IMG/VR virus record: IMGVR_UViG_3300009103_000026
Span: 1,472 to 65,471 of that record
Origin: a virus
Lineage: Duplodnaviria > Caudoviricetes
Direction: 5' to 3' (one strand)
DNA length: 64,000 bases
The translations under genes were made by a program, and so were the position numbers. The notes beneath the pieces were generated by a model. That model had not been told where the DNA came from and made no database searches. It saw only the letters and a program-made list of their open reading frames with translations. Of this stretch, positions 38,787-48,664 are shown piece by piece (position 1 is the first letter of the stretch; each line of letters starts with the position of its first letter).

Positions 38787-39661
38787 TATGGCGACCTCCA
38801 GAGGGGTTCATATATCCCTGTTCCTATTGAATTATGAGTTAATTCGGTAACCCTTAATATTGGCTTATAATGACTGGGATATGACTGATCTTGACTGTCA
38901 GACGATGATGCGTTCTTCGACCCCGCAGCACTATGAGCAAGTACCAACCGTACAAAGTCACCTTTCTTTAGATTTACCACCCCCTCACAGTTTGCATAAG
39001 AATCAAAATCAGACTTCACCATTCCCAAATATTGAGACAATGGCCACCATGACAAGGTTGGATCAAATCCTCTGTCTGTAATCGTTTGACCAGTAATTGC
39101 AACAGCAACTACGCCCCAATGTTGATACCCGATATTATGGACAGCCCCTTGTGCTTGACACAAATACTTACCATCTCTTCTAATTTCAACATAATTATTA
39201 GTCAGGTCTCCTATGCCACCAATATCATGATACTTTCCATCAAATGTTATAGGCACTGAAGTACTAGCAGCAATTGCTTGAACACCCGATGCTTCAAGCA
39301 ATGTTGAGTGGGGAGACATATTTCTACTAGTTGTAATCCAGTTATTACCATCAGACATAACAGTAACAACATCGTTATTTACAAATAGTTCAATAAAGCC
39401 CGTACTATCTATAGTATCGCTACCACTAGGATTGATTCTTATTACATTAGAGCTTGAGTCTACTTTCTTTATAGTATATGTTCGACCTTCTATATTGGAC
39501 GCAAGAGGAAGGGTGAGTTCTTGGAAGGCTGTGCCGGGGAAGGAACATGTGTAAAAGGCTGCATCTGATAGATGCCATGGAGACCCAGCAACGTCTCCCC
39601 AGTGATCTACGTCTGTATCGCTAACAACAGAAGTGGGTTTATTAAGCCATGAACTAGACAT
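38786..39661 (-). CDS. Short fibre/adhesin protein with C1q/TNF-like C-terminal head
   Basis: LTLPLAS..EGRTYTIKKVDSSSN.I.I..SGSDTID fibre module, then ITFD...IRRDGKYL...LKKGDFVRL C1q-like strands. Confidence 0.6.
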   Translation of the reverse strand: MSSSWLNKPTSVVSDTDVDHWGDVAGSPWHLSDAAFYTCSFPGTAFQELTLPLASNIEGRTYTIKKVDSSSNVIRINPSGSDTIDSTGFIELFVNNDVVTVMSDGNNWITTSRNMSPHSTLLEASGVQAIAASTSVPITFDGKYHDIGGIGDLTNNYVEIRRDGKYLCQAQGAVHNIGYQHWGVVAVAITGQTITDRGFDPTLSWWPLSQYLGMVKSDFDSYANCEGVVNLKKGDFVRLVLAHSAAGSKNASSSDSQDQSYPSHYKPILRVTELTHNSIGTGIYEPLWRSP

Positions 39662-39671
39662 TTACGAGCCC

Positions 39672-39974
39672 CTATACAATTAACCACCACAATTTAGAAG
39701 AACTGCCTGTGCTGGCAAGAACATACACAGATGAAGGGTTTCTTACTCTCATAACCACACTATCTCCGGGATCTAGTGGAAATCCATCGGTAGAATCAGA
39801 AGAATCTGCGGTAATACTAGAGCTACTACCTACGTATAGAGTAGCAGTATTATTTTTATCAGCATATATCAAAACACCCTCATCAGCCTTAGTAAGGTCC
39901 GATGTAATTTGAGTAGGGGACGTTCCTATGCTACTTTTTCTTCCTGTTAGGAAGGTTGTTGATACATCTGCCAT
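39672..39974 (-). CDS. Small beta-rich virion protein
   Basis: GVLIYADKNNTATLYVG...GFPLDPGDSV motif common in small phage structural proteins. Confidence 0.55.
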   Translation of the reverse strand: MADVSTTFLTGRKSSIGTSPTQITSDLTKADEGVLIYADKNNTATLYVGSSSSITADSSDSTDGFPLDPGDSVVMRVRNPSSVYVLASTGSSSKLWWLIV

Positions 39975-39991
39975 TTCTCACCCCCCTATAT

Positions 39992-40204
39992 TTATGCACC
40001 ATAGTATGTGGGATCGTCAAACCTATCATCGTACTTGACAAACAGAGTACCGCTAGCTGGCAATGCCGAAACTTCTCTCGCATGAGAGCCAGTAGAAATA
40101 GTATTTTGCATTATAGATATCCCGGAGGCATGTTGCAGAACAACAGCCGTACCGTGTTTTATTGTTGTTATTGATGAATGTGCGTTAGCAATGTCATTAG
40201 CCAT
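39992..40204 (-). CDS. Small hypothetical virion protein
   Basis: 70 aa with AGGAG RBS, inside the structural operon. Confidence 0.55.
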   Translation of the reverse strand: MANDIANAHSSITTIKHGTAVVLQHASGISIMQNTISTGSHAREVSALPASGTLFVKYDDRFDDPTYYGA

Positions 40205-40221
40205 TTTTTACTCCTATTTAG

Positions 40222-40737
40222 TTAATTACTTCTCTGTGATGAGCCCCCCCTAGGATCATAATTTGGTCCAACGAAAGGAGAGAGAACAGCTCTGATAGCC
40301 TGCTGCGCTTGAGCATCTCCCATCTCATATTCCCACTTAAGTCTTTCATATGTGGCGCAAGGACCCTGCTCTAATAACAATGCATAGCCGTTTAAACTAT
40401 TTGATGTACTAATTGAAGCTGGTCCAACTTTAGCAGTTATACCGGCTTGCTGAGCCCTTGTTCTAAGCGTACTTTGGTCAGCCAAACAAGCAGCTTTTAG
40501 CACGACCATATTTTGAAATACCGTATCCTTTTGTGTGATTGGATCTGGAGAAATTGACGTAGCTGCAATATCCACTGTATAAGTATTAGAAAAAGCCATT
40601 TCTTGTATAACTAAATTGGCAGCAACAACTATCAACTCTTCCAAACGGGCATCTGTATATACACGATCATCAACATCGTCTGGGGCATCGTAAATTACCA
40701 ATCTAAGCATAGTAGTTAGATTATATTGCCAAGGCAT
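40222..40737 (-). CDS. Head-tail connector (adaptor) protein
   Basis: LRLVIYD...YTDARLEELI...LKAAC...ITAKVGPASIS, an adaptor-like helical bundle plus strand. AAGGAG RBS. Confidence 0.6.
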   Translation of the reverse strand: MPWQYNLTTMLRLVIYDAPDDVDDRVYTDARLEELIVVAANLVIQEMAFSNTYTVDIAATSISPDPITQKDTVFQNMVVLKAACLADQSTLRTRAQQAGITAKVGPASISTSNSLNGYALLLEQGPCATYERLKWEYEMGDAQAQQAIRAVLSPFVGPNYDPRGGSSQRSN

Positions 40738-40747
40738 AGTAGCTCCT

Positions 40748-41074
40748 TTAAATATCTGTTACTCGTAATATACCGTCGCCTTCTAATTTTTGTCCAGAGC
40801 TAGTAGTTACCTGAACTTCTATTCTATATGTATTTCCCGAAGTCCCTCCCTCTATCCATAACAAAATTTTATTCGCATCAGAATTTATAGTGTTGCTATA
40901 TCCGACTGCCGGGATCGTTAGGTCAGAAGCCCCTCCCTCCAAAGTTTCAGATGTAACTGAATCAAGTGCAGTTATAGTTTCACTCGTATCTAAAGGCCTA
41001 GTAAAATCCATCGTAAACTTTTTTCGTTCAGATGGCTGTTTATATAACCTTTCCCCCGCCGTTACAATAGACAT
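40748..41074 (-). CDS. Phage fibre/tail adaptor-like protein
   Basis: KQPSE...MDF...L...ETI...WIEGGTSGNTYRIEVQVTTSSGQ motif. Confidence 0.65.
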   Translation of the reverse strand: MSIVTAGERLYKQPSERKKFTMDFTRPLDTSETITALDSVTSETLEGGASDLTIPAVGYSNTINSDANKILLWIEGGTSGNTYRIEVQVTTSSGQKLEGDGILRVTDI

Positions 41075-41853
41075 TATGTAGTACTCCCAGAAGCTCTCAA
41101 AGTAAATGTAGTATTAGTAGCCACCGTTCCATCGGGAAGATTTAACTTCAACCAGACACCAATTCCGCTACTTGGCCCTAAGGAAGTAGTTGGAATGCTT
41201 TTGCTACTATCATCAAAGGTAGGAGATCCTAACATCCCCCCTCCAGCAGGTGGTGTTACTCTATTTGTACTTGTATTTGATCCATTTTGAGACGACTCAA
41301 GATCAAAAGTAACGTCTGCCAAAACTGCTTCTGTACCATCGCTTGCCTCAACAAGACTAGCATTTAATAAAGCGTTAGTGGAATTGTTATTTTTTAAAAA
41401 AACTTTTTCATAATAATCTCTGTCTGAACCCCCAGAAACATCGGCAGAAACATTGTAGAAAGGCCTTCTGACTGTAGTAATAGCAGGTTCCATCGTAGCA
41501 ACGGTATTAGGACTACCCTCACTGTCAATAATAGTAAGAGTTCCAGTATGCGAAGTAGTCACCATCTTGAGGATTCTTTCAAAAGACTTGGTGCCTACTA
41601 CCGTGCTAGTACCATTCAATGATAACGCATCTGTTATAATGGTCCCTGAAGAATCCCTTCCAGTAATAGTTAGGGTTTGGGAGTTGTCTCCAGACGCACT
41701 GCTACTAACTTTTAGAATAGAAGCACTGGGAACTATATCTGTAAAAACTATTTTTACCGCCGTATCGATAGCACCGCCCTGAGTATCAGAGTCATTTTCT
41801 GCCATCGCGTTGCTACCATATATAACAAGATCAGTTGAGGTAACGCTAGCCAT
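41074..41853 (-). CDS. Structural protein (S/T-rich, beta-sandwich)
   Basis: YEKVFLKNNNST..L...GVWLK. AAGGAG RBS. Confidence 0.55.
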   Translation of the reverse strand: MASVTSTDLVIYGSNAMAENDSDTQGGAIDTAVKIVFTDIVPSASILKVSSSASGDNSQTLTITGRDSSGTIITDALSLNGTSTVVGTKSFERILKMVTTSHTGTLTIIDSEGSPNTVATMEPAITTVRRPFYNVSADVSGGSDRDYYEKVFLKNNNSTNALLNASLVEASDGTEAVLADVTFDLESSQNGSNTSTNRVTPPAGGGMLGSPTFDDSSKSIPTTSLGPSSGIGVWLKLNLPDGTVATNTTFTLRASGSTT

Positions 41854-41866
41854 TTATAAATCTCCT

Positions 41867-43303
41867 TTAGTTACTTGAAGCTGACGAGCTTCCTTTTATA
41901 AGTGTCCATGTATTTTGATCGTTTTTAAGTGTCCATAAATTTTTATCGTTTATTAGGGTCCATTTCAGTATTGACGATACGAATTCCGTACCCCCAAACG
42001 ATATTGGTATTATGTCATCATGCTTAAAGGTTTCTATTATTTCTGTTGCCAAAGACGAGTCGGCCCCAGAATCTTTCAAAAAACCTATATATGTATCTAT
42101 TTCCACCCCAAAATCAAGGGCCCACTCAATATCTAATACACCGTTAAGAACGGCAGGGGTCCTCCAATCCGTATTAAGTTCTAAATCTGGACCTATACCT
42201 GACAAAAATACTACAGAGGTCTCAGTATCTTCTCCAGTATCATGTAAAAATGACGCTGACGATGTGGCTTCAGCAATTAGGCCCTTCACAAAGTATTCTA
42301 TAGGAATTTCTGGGTCAATCTTAGTTCCAATCTTATTTGAAACTGGGAACGTAGAGTCTATATATGGGTTTCCATCTAGATCAACGAGAATTCTCCATGA
42401 CAAATATATTACTTGAGACGAAGGCGTTAGTTGTAGGAAGTCTACTTGAATACCTTCATGACCATTAAATGGGAAGGTTCTATAGGAACCACCATTTACA
42501 AGTTCTGAAATATCTCTAGTAGTAAGTTTTTTATTCCAAAACCCAACCTCATCTATATCTCCAAACCAATGATTTGTCGTGGCTGCGCCAGCACTGCGTG
42601 CTCCCATTATTAATCTAGAACTATTAGAAGCATTTCCACCTCCAGTATACGGGGTAGTTACGTCATGTTCAAGACCACCAGAAGTGTTATAAATTTTTAG
42701 CCATAAAAGACCTGCCAAGCTATCCCAGCCAGCTATAGCATAATACCAAGTCGAGTGAGCAAGGCTGGACCCTATTATCGCCTCTGCCGAGGAAGATCCG
42801 TTAGATAGATAAAATCCTACCTTTCTGTCCGGATGTGGGCCGTGCATTCTTAATGACCAGTTTTCAGAACCAGTATCAGTCTTTGAAAAAATCGTTCTAG
42901 TATTATAAGGAATGTCTTTGTCAAACCTAAACCAACCAGCGATAGAAAAAGCATCAGTAGGATTAAATATCGAATCATGACTTCTGTAAAGATACTCAGA
43001 TGAAAGATGATAAAACGTAGAAGCCGCCCCAAAGATCCCTGCCACAGAACCGACACTATTATAATTAGTAAGATGATAGCCACCGCTGTAAGAATCTAAT
43101 CTAGGTGCATAGGAGTTATTTTCATCTAATTTCCAATACGCAACAATATCATTCATAAGTCCTTCCTGAGTTGCCGGAGAAAGAATTCCTAGCCTATTTT
43201 CTATATTTATGGCTTCATCGGCAAAAATACTCGTTGTGACAGCGCCAATAATTGGCTCTATCGCGCTAAAGGGTCTTTCGCTGTAAGAATGAAATCCAAA
43301 CAT
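41867..43303 (-). CDS. LamG/concanavalin-A-like domain virion protein
   Basis: IVAYWKLDE, FSIAGWF, TWYY..W, WFGDIDEVGFWNKKLT. Confidence 0.8.
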   Translation of the reverse strand: MFGFHSYSERPFSAIEPIIGAVTTSIFADEAINIENRLGILSPATQEGLMNDIVAYWKLDENNSYAPRLDSYSGGYHLTNYNSVGSVAGIFGAASTFYHLSSEYLYRSHDSIFNPTDAFSIAGWFRFDKDIPYNTRTIFSKTDTGSENWSLRMHGPHPDRKVGFYLSNGSSSAEAIIGSSLAHSTWYYAIAGWDSLAGLLWLKIYNTSGGLEHDVTTPYTGGGNASNSSRLIMGARSAGAATTNHWFGDIDEVGFWNKKLTTRDISELVNGGSYRTFPFNGHEGIQVDFLQLTPSSQVIYLSWRILVDLDGNPYIDSTFPVSNKIGTKIDPEIPIEYFVKGLIAEATSSASFLHDTGEDTETSVVFLSGIGPDLELNTDWRTPAVLNGVLDIEWALDFGVEIDTYIGFLKDSGADSSLATEIIETFKHDDIIPISFGGTEFVSSILKWTLINDKNLWTLKNDQNTWTLIKGSSSASSN

Positions 43304-43312
43304 GTTCTTCTC

Positions 43313-46261
43313 CTAATCTATTGTCCAAGGTAAAAACGAAGCATTATCAATCAACCATTGTTCGCCAGCTAAGCCCTCAATAGCACCCATGTCCCAGTCG
43401 TCAAGATTAAAGTTTGGTCGGGTAGTTCCGGTGCCACTATGACAATAAATAGAATTAATATCTATGTCTGGGAAAGCATGGAAACATCCTGATGACAAAA
43501 CACGCGCCGTGCTATCTACAAAAGTTCCACCCTGATTTGAGGCCCAGCTCTGACCACCTAGAAGAGGACCATTCTGCCCGCCCACAGAATTGGACCAGCG
43601 TAGGTTTTTGTCGTCCGGAGGTGGGTCTCCACTATAATTCCAGTTAAATCCAGCACCTACACAAGGAGAACCAGATTTTAATGTTAGTCCCCCTATAGAA
43701 TGGTTTACGCCGGTCGGACATCCCGTAGTATACCATATATTTGGCATATGGAATACTTCATACGGCCCCCGGTTATTGATTGCTTCGTTATGGGTGTCTC
43801 TATAGATTCCTGTCGCACAGTTATATCCCCACTCGCCAGACGGAACTATAGGTCTATCACAGCCCAAGGCAATATTTGAAACACAGGGTGAGGGGACCCC
43901 CGTATTGGGGTAACCGGCCTTGGTGCTACATCTCATAACATTAGACCCAGAAGGCCATCCCGATGGAAAAGCTTCTTCATAATAAATTCCAATGCCGCTG
44001 CCGCCGCCGCCAACAACATTATAAACAGTATTATTCGCTGCGATACAGTCTTTCATCCCAATACCTATACCAGCCCCTCCTTCTACAGTAACTCCAGCAA
44101 TTACGTTTCTCCATGCTCTACATTTCTCAAGGGCTACCGCATTTGCTGACGCAGTGTTTGAAACCACCCCAGTAATTATAGAATGATGTACAATTATCCC
44201 TAGGCCTGTTCCTTGGAACGCTTGGCTCTCAATAAGAGTCCTTCCTCCGCCAGCGCCAGTTGAAGTCAAAAGACACCTGTTAATGTGCAGGGGAGCTGGA
44301 TTATTTCCATCTCCAGTCCATTTAATATTCTGGCTACTATTTGCCATATGCCCCGTAACGTTTTCTAACATCCAACCGATGGGCCAAGAACACTCGTCAG
44401 TCAAATTACCATTAAAAGTTGCTCCTGTAGTTATATCTCCGCTTTCCGCAACCCAAAAAGCATCCTCTCCACAACCAGTACCGGTAGGAGCATCGGCAAA
44501 CCCCTGAAGACTACCTGCATTTAAATCATAATAGTGCCAAACCTGATGTGCTCCATAGTCCGATTTTTTACATACATGATGTCTGTAGGAGCCATTTAAA
44601 GACCAGCCATACGCAACTCGCCTCGCCTCACCATCAGCACCATATGTTGTTTGATTCGCTCCTCCTCGATGAACTGATTCGTTGGGCCCTGCCCCCTCTT
44701 CTTCAAGCATCCTCCCTGCTCGCGGAAACCCAAGAACATTTTTAACTCGCCACGGCCCGCTAGGAACCTTGTTGCAATGAAAGGCCGTTGAAACGTTACG
44801 GGTGACACCGGGACTGGAACCAAAACCTGAATCTGTGTCTGCCGGAGGTGTAAAGCATTCTATGCCTGTTTGAGATATAAGCCCTTGAAGCATACTGGTT
44901 TTATATCGTTGCCCATCCCAAGTATCTGTCCTTCTGCCTGCCTCGGCAGGGCTAAGCACGTTGCCAGAGCAACCTACTCTCATATCTACACAAACACCCC
45001 CATACCCACTTTGCGCAGCTACATCAGCTGCCCACCAAGCCGCCGACTCAGCGGGCGCAGATGGGCCACCATCATTAAACCCCGATAGTTTTGGCTGCCA
45101 AGGGTGTGACTTTCCGACGCTTCCACCAGTTGGATTTACAGCTACCGTTGTTCCAATAGAAATGTCTGTTCCGGTAGCATATGACTGCCCGTCCGGTGAC
45201 GAGAAAGCCACTGTGTCTGGGAATTGACCAGACCCAAGTTCCGTACCCAAGGCCCCAACCAACACACCCACAAGCGTCCTATTTTTACTGCCCGCATCAT
45301 CTTCTATATCTATTCCTATAGCTAACGGACTAAAGGTTGCATCCGTATCATCCAACTGCGAGTAATCTCTAACGCCAAACCCAATATCAGCAATAGTGCA
45401 GTTTTTCATTACTAAACACCCGGTACCCTTAGGAAGATGAACTCCTACCGCAGTAGATTCCTGCGCGGCTGAAGCCATGTCCTGCCCAAAGCAACTATAA
45501 AAAGCACAGTCCACAAATTCCATTTGGCCAGATTGAGCATAAATATTTGCAAGTACTGTCTTCGTTCCGTCATGATGACCTTTCCAGTTGCCAAATTCCA
45601 TATGTTGAAACATTTGACCTATGCCAGAAGCACTCTGAGCCCCAAACATATACTCATCAATATCAAGATTAAGCGCAGTTCCGTTCGTACCAGTACTAAA
45701 GCTCCATCGACCATCAATTTTTCCATTGTACATACCAAACGTACAACCCATTCTTACGTCTAGAATATAATGTTCAGCGTGCAAAAGAGTTCCTGTAGAT
45801 GGTTTAATTGTAAACCTTCGTTCGTTGTCCTTATAATATCCAGAAGGACACGCATTTGAAACATCTCCCGGCGCCCCCCCACTCGCACCAACTATATAGA
45901 GGCCCTCTATATTTTTATTACTATATTCTCCAAAGTCCTGACCCCCATTAAAAACAATATCCGCCTCATCAAAATTTCCATGAGCGAATGCCGTTATTAT
46001 ATCCCCATCTTGATAGACATCCTCTTCATCAAGCTCAGCTTCGAATAGACTAAAAAGTGAATAGGTCAATGGGGCGGGAGTGTCTAGTCTTTGGTCTATG
46101 TGTGCTGCCCACGGGCTGCCAGCGGACCCATTATGGTTGCCGCTCCAAACATTAATTGTTCCTGAATATAATAGTTGCCGCCCGTCGCTGGTGGCGGGTG
46201 GCTGGTCATGACTCGCAAGTCGTGGTCCTAGGGGATGGGTTGGCTGTGATCTTAGCGCCAT
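43313..46261 (-). CDS. Beta-helix (pectin-lyase-like) virion protein with choice-of-anchor-Q-like C-terminus; possible depolymerase or adhesin
   Basis: MKNCTIADIG and ANNTVYNV beta-helix rungs. C-terminal LKSGSPCVGAG...DID...R...WDMGAIE. Confidence 0.6.
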   Translation of the reverse strand: MALRSQPTHPLGPRLASHDQPPATSDGRQLLYSGTINVWSGNHNGSAGSPWAAHIDQRLDTPAPLTYSLFSLFEAELDEEDVYQDGDIITAFAHGNFDEADIVFNGGQDFGEYSNKNIEGLYIVGASGGAPGDVSNACPSGYYKDNERRFTIKPSTGTLLHAEHYILDVRMGCTFGMYNGKIDGRWSFSTGTNGTALNLDIDEYMFGAQSASGIGQMFQHMEFGNWKGHHDGTKTVLANIYAQSGQMEFVDCAFYSCFGQDMASAAQESTAVGVHLPKGTGCLVMKNCTIADIGFGVRDYSQLDDTDATFSPLAIGIDIEDDAGSKNRTLVGVLVGALGTELGSGQFPDTVAFSSPDGQSYATGTDISIGTTVAVNPTGGSVGKSHPWQPKLSGFNDGGPSAPAESAAWWAADVAAQSGYGGVCVDMRVGCSGNVLSPAEAGRRTDTWDGQRYKTSMLQGLISQTGIECFTPPADTDSGFGSSPGVTRNVSTAFHCNKVPSGPWRVKNVLGFPRAGRMLEEEGAGPNESVHRGGANQTTYGADGEARRVAYGWSLNGSYRHHVCKKSDYGAHQVWHYYDLNAGSLQGFADAPTGTGCGEDAFWVAESGDITTGATFNGNLTDECSWPIGWMLENVTGHMANSSQNIKWTGDGNNPAPLHINRCLLTSTGAGGGRTLIESQAFQGTGLGIIVHHSIITGVVSNTASANAVALEKCRAWRNVIAGVTVEGGAGIGIGMKDCIAANNTVYNVVGGGGSGIGIYYEEAFPSGWPSGSNVMRCSTKAGYPNTGVPSPCVSNIALGCDRPIVPSGEWGYNCATGIYRDTHNEAINNRGPYEVFHMPNIWYTTGCPTGVNHSIGGLTLKSGSPCVGAGFNWNYSGDPPPDDKNLRWSNSVGGQNGPLLGGQSWASNQGGTFVDSTARVLSSGCFHAFPDIDINSIYCHSGTGTTRPNFNLDDWDMGAIEGLAGEQWLIDNASFLPWTID

Positions 46262-46611
46262 TATTCAAGTCCCTCCAACAATCCAGCGACTTCCTTATCC
46301 ACGGCTATTTCATCTAGAGAATATATTGTATCACTTTCAAACATAATGCTGGGAGTTCTTATATCAACCATATTATCTGTAAAAATATCCCAATAAGGAA
46401 TAAACCACCTTCTTTTAGCTAAAATTTTATTTCCCTCTCCATAAACTATTGAGGTTTTTCCTCTACGCACCTCATCATAACATTTTATAATTAGAAATGA
46501 ACTCTTTTCTGTGTCTGAGAACACATGATTATCACCGACTATGCTAACAATGTCTCCATCTTGATAGCTAGGGTTTGGTCCAGTTGATTTTACCTTAATT
46601 ATAACCTGCAT
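46261..46611 (-). CDS. Hypothetical protein
   Basis: 116-aa ORF coupled (TAATG) to the beta-helix gene. Confidence 0.55.
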   Translation of the reverse strand: MQVIIKVKSTGPNPSYQDGDIVSIVGDNHVFSDTEKSSFLIIKCYDEVRRGKTSIVYGEGNKILAKRRWFIPYWDIFTDNMVDIRTPSIMFESDTIYSLDEIAVDKEVAGLLEGLE

Positions 46612-46614
46612 CCT

Positions 46615-47292
46615 TTATCTCCTAACTAACCTAGAATACTTTTCCATCAGCTGCTTGATTGTATGCTTTCCAGAGAACCCAGCAAAGTGCAATATAAACT
46701 CCCCGGCCCTGTTTTTCCTAGGGCTGTAAAAAGCATTAAATTGATTATTATCTGGCTCTACATAAACACGATCCTCAAAATTCATAATATTGTTATGCCA
46801 CATATAATTCATGGCACACTGCTCCCAAAATTTAAGCTTTAAAAATTCCATCTTATTATATTTTTCTGGCCAGTCCCATATCTCTTGAAGTATATCCTTA
46901 GACCACTGAGTATTCTTCACAAAATAATTTCCGCAGCACAAAGAACTTTTTACAAATTTATATTCAACCAAACCGCCTCCCTGATTTGGAATTATCATAT
47001 GGCAATTAGGCTTTATAAGGTCTTCAAGCCTGATTGTGTGGTCCATGATTAATGCGTCTATGTCACTCCAAAAAACCCAGTCAACGTCTGTAGTTTTCAA
47101 CACCTCTTTTATCAATAAAATACTATGCCAACTTGGATGTCTGCCTAATCCTTCACCATATAAACCTTTTTTTGTGATTAACGAATATCCGTACCTATCA
47201 CAATATTCCTGCTTATTTTCTTTTACAATATATGCCCAATCATCAAAATTAGAAGTGTATAATTGGACTACTGCTATTTTTGCCTCTGTCAT
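46615..47292 (-). CDS. Glycosyltransferase, GT34 (galactosyl transferase GMA12/MNN10) family
   Basis: NKQEYCDRYGY, PSW, DWVFWSDIDALIMD, WEQCAM, FN...GEFILHFAG. Confidence 0.85.
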   Translation of the reverse strand: MTEAKIAVVQLYTSNFDDWAYIVKENKQEYCDRYGYSLITKKGLYGEGLGRHPSWHSILLIKEVLKTTDVDWVFWSDIDALIMDHTIRLEDLIKPNCHMIIPNQGGGLVEYKFVKSSLCCGNYFVKNTQWSKDILQEIWDWPEKYNKMEFLKLKFWEQCAMNYMWHNNIMNFEDRVYVEPDNNQFNAFYSPRKNRAGEFILHFAGFSGKHTIKQLMEKYSRLVRR

Positions 47293-47297
47293 TATAT

Positions 47298-47307
47298 ATT
47301 ATACACT
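47298..47307 (-). promoter_or_regulatory. Putative late promoter AGTGTATAAT, 5 nt before the GT34 ATG (leaderless mRNA candidate)
   Basis: Minus strand reads AGTGTATAATATATAATG with no RBS between motif and start codon. Confidence 0.5.
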
Positions 47308-47312
47308 ATTCC

Positions 47313-48029
47313 TTATAACTTGTCTTGCCACGCACACCCAAGATCAGATAAATACTCGTCAAATATTGTTTTATTTTTATGATAATAGACAGGAAGAAGG
47401 GTTACTTTTGCCTTCATAGCCATGCCACAAATAGCGAAATGGAGCCTATCTGTCATAATAGATTCAAATTGTGCTGCATATTCCCAATAATCCTCAGGGG
47501 TATGGCAAAAAGAAGCCGGGTCTTTCCTCCTCTCTCTTGGAATATAAATAAACACGCTTTCGTTGGTTCTTCTAAGAAATGTTTCGTCCCCACCCTTCTT
47601 GCAGTTCGTCTCTGGAAAATCAAAACCCAAGGCTAGGTCTGGAATTATTTCCCCCTTTCCAACTATATCTCTACTGACAGACTCCCTAAAAAAGAGCCTC
47701 TCAAAAGGGAGATCTTCTTCTTTAAAGACAGACTGAGGTAGCATCCAGCAAGGTATCCCAGATTCATATGCCTTTCTTCTTATGGCTGCACATTTGGGGT
47801 ATCCAACATTGCCCCCGGCGAAAAGTAGCAATTTATCACATCTAGGAACAGGGTCTTCAGCCAAGGGATTTATTGTGAAATGATCTACGTCAAATTCGTT
47901 GCAAAGTTGTCTTGTGGCTAAATAAAGCAGGTCGTCACCAACGTTTCCAAAACCGTCTACGATTCCAACACGCAGCCCCTTAAGCTCTCCAAACATGGGT
48001 TCAAAGTTAGACAATTCTAACAATCTCAT
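47313..48029 (-). CDS. Polysaccharide pyruvyl transferase family protein
   Basis: GNVGDDLL, GGN, LPQSV, RESVS, PDLAL, TDRLHFAI, YHKN. Confidence 0.85.
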   Translation of the reverse strand: MRLLELSNFEPMFGELKGLRVGIVDGFGNVGDDLLYLATRQLCNEFDVDHFTINPLAEDPVPRCDKLLLFAGGNVGYPKCAAIRRKAYESGIPCWMLPQSVFKEEDLPFERLFFRESVSRDIVGKGEIIPDLALGFDFPETNCKKGGDETFLRRTNESVFIYIPRERRKDPASFCHTPEDYWEYAAQFESIMTDRLHFAICGMAMKAKVTLLPVYYHKNKTIFDEYLSDLGCAWQDKL

Positions 48030-48664
48030 TTTTCATACTCCCCTTTGACAAAATCCTCATGATGAAGATAATATATTAAATCTTTTTGTTGCTGAGATAA
48101 CTTAAAAGAAGAAAAGTCCACACCGTAGTTTTTACTGTCTGCCAATTTCCATGACTCGTTAAGGTGTGGGAAGGGACATTCTTCCTTAAATAGATCAAAT
48201 CTTTTTAATTCTTGTTCAATATTTTCAACTTTAATTAATTCATCATATTCATATAATTTGGTGACAGGAAATTTAATTAATTGCTTGGAATGAACCATCA
48301 ACCACTTATTGAAAGATACATTCTCGCCCTTAGATATGGTAAACTTCCATTGACTAATTGCTCTATCATAAGGATTTCTTATTGGCAATAGCTTCTTAAA
48401 ATTAATAGCCCGCTTAGGATACCAGTTTGTATGACCTAAAGACGGTTCATTCTCTGGATTTAGTACATCATTAGGTAGGTAGGGGACCGGACCCTGTACG
48501 AATTTAAATCTCTCTTTCCCAAAAACCCTGTAGCTACAAAGATACTTATTCAATGACGTACTGTAATTTTTAAGAGGCTGCCAAACAATTAGCTCTCTTT
48601 CTTTATTAATCAGCATTTTTCCTCCAAATCGGCCTAAATCTTTCACGGCCATACTCATTTTCAT
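48026..48664 (-). CDS. Sulfotransferase (Sulfotransfer_2 family)
   Basis: PLKNYSTSL (5'-PSB-like), IRNPYDRAISQW (3'-PB), YDELIKVENI, PHLNES. Confidence 0.8.
   Translation of the reverse strand: MKMSMAVKDLGRFGGKMLINKERELIVWQPLKNYSTSLNKYLCSYRVFGKERFKFVQGPVPYLPNDVLNPENEPSLGHTNWYPKRAINFKKLLPIRNPYDRAISQWKFTISKGENVSFNKWLMVHSKQLIKFPVTKLYEYDELIKVENIEQELKRFDLFKEECPFPHLNESWKLADSKNYGVDFSSFKLSQQQKDLIYYLHHEDFVKGEYEK

Noticed and set aside
47254-47263. Plus-strand AGTGTATAAT copy of the promoter motif
   Set aside because: Lies inside the GT34 coding sequence on the antisense strand with no credible downstream gene; probably chance.
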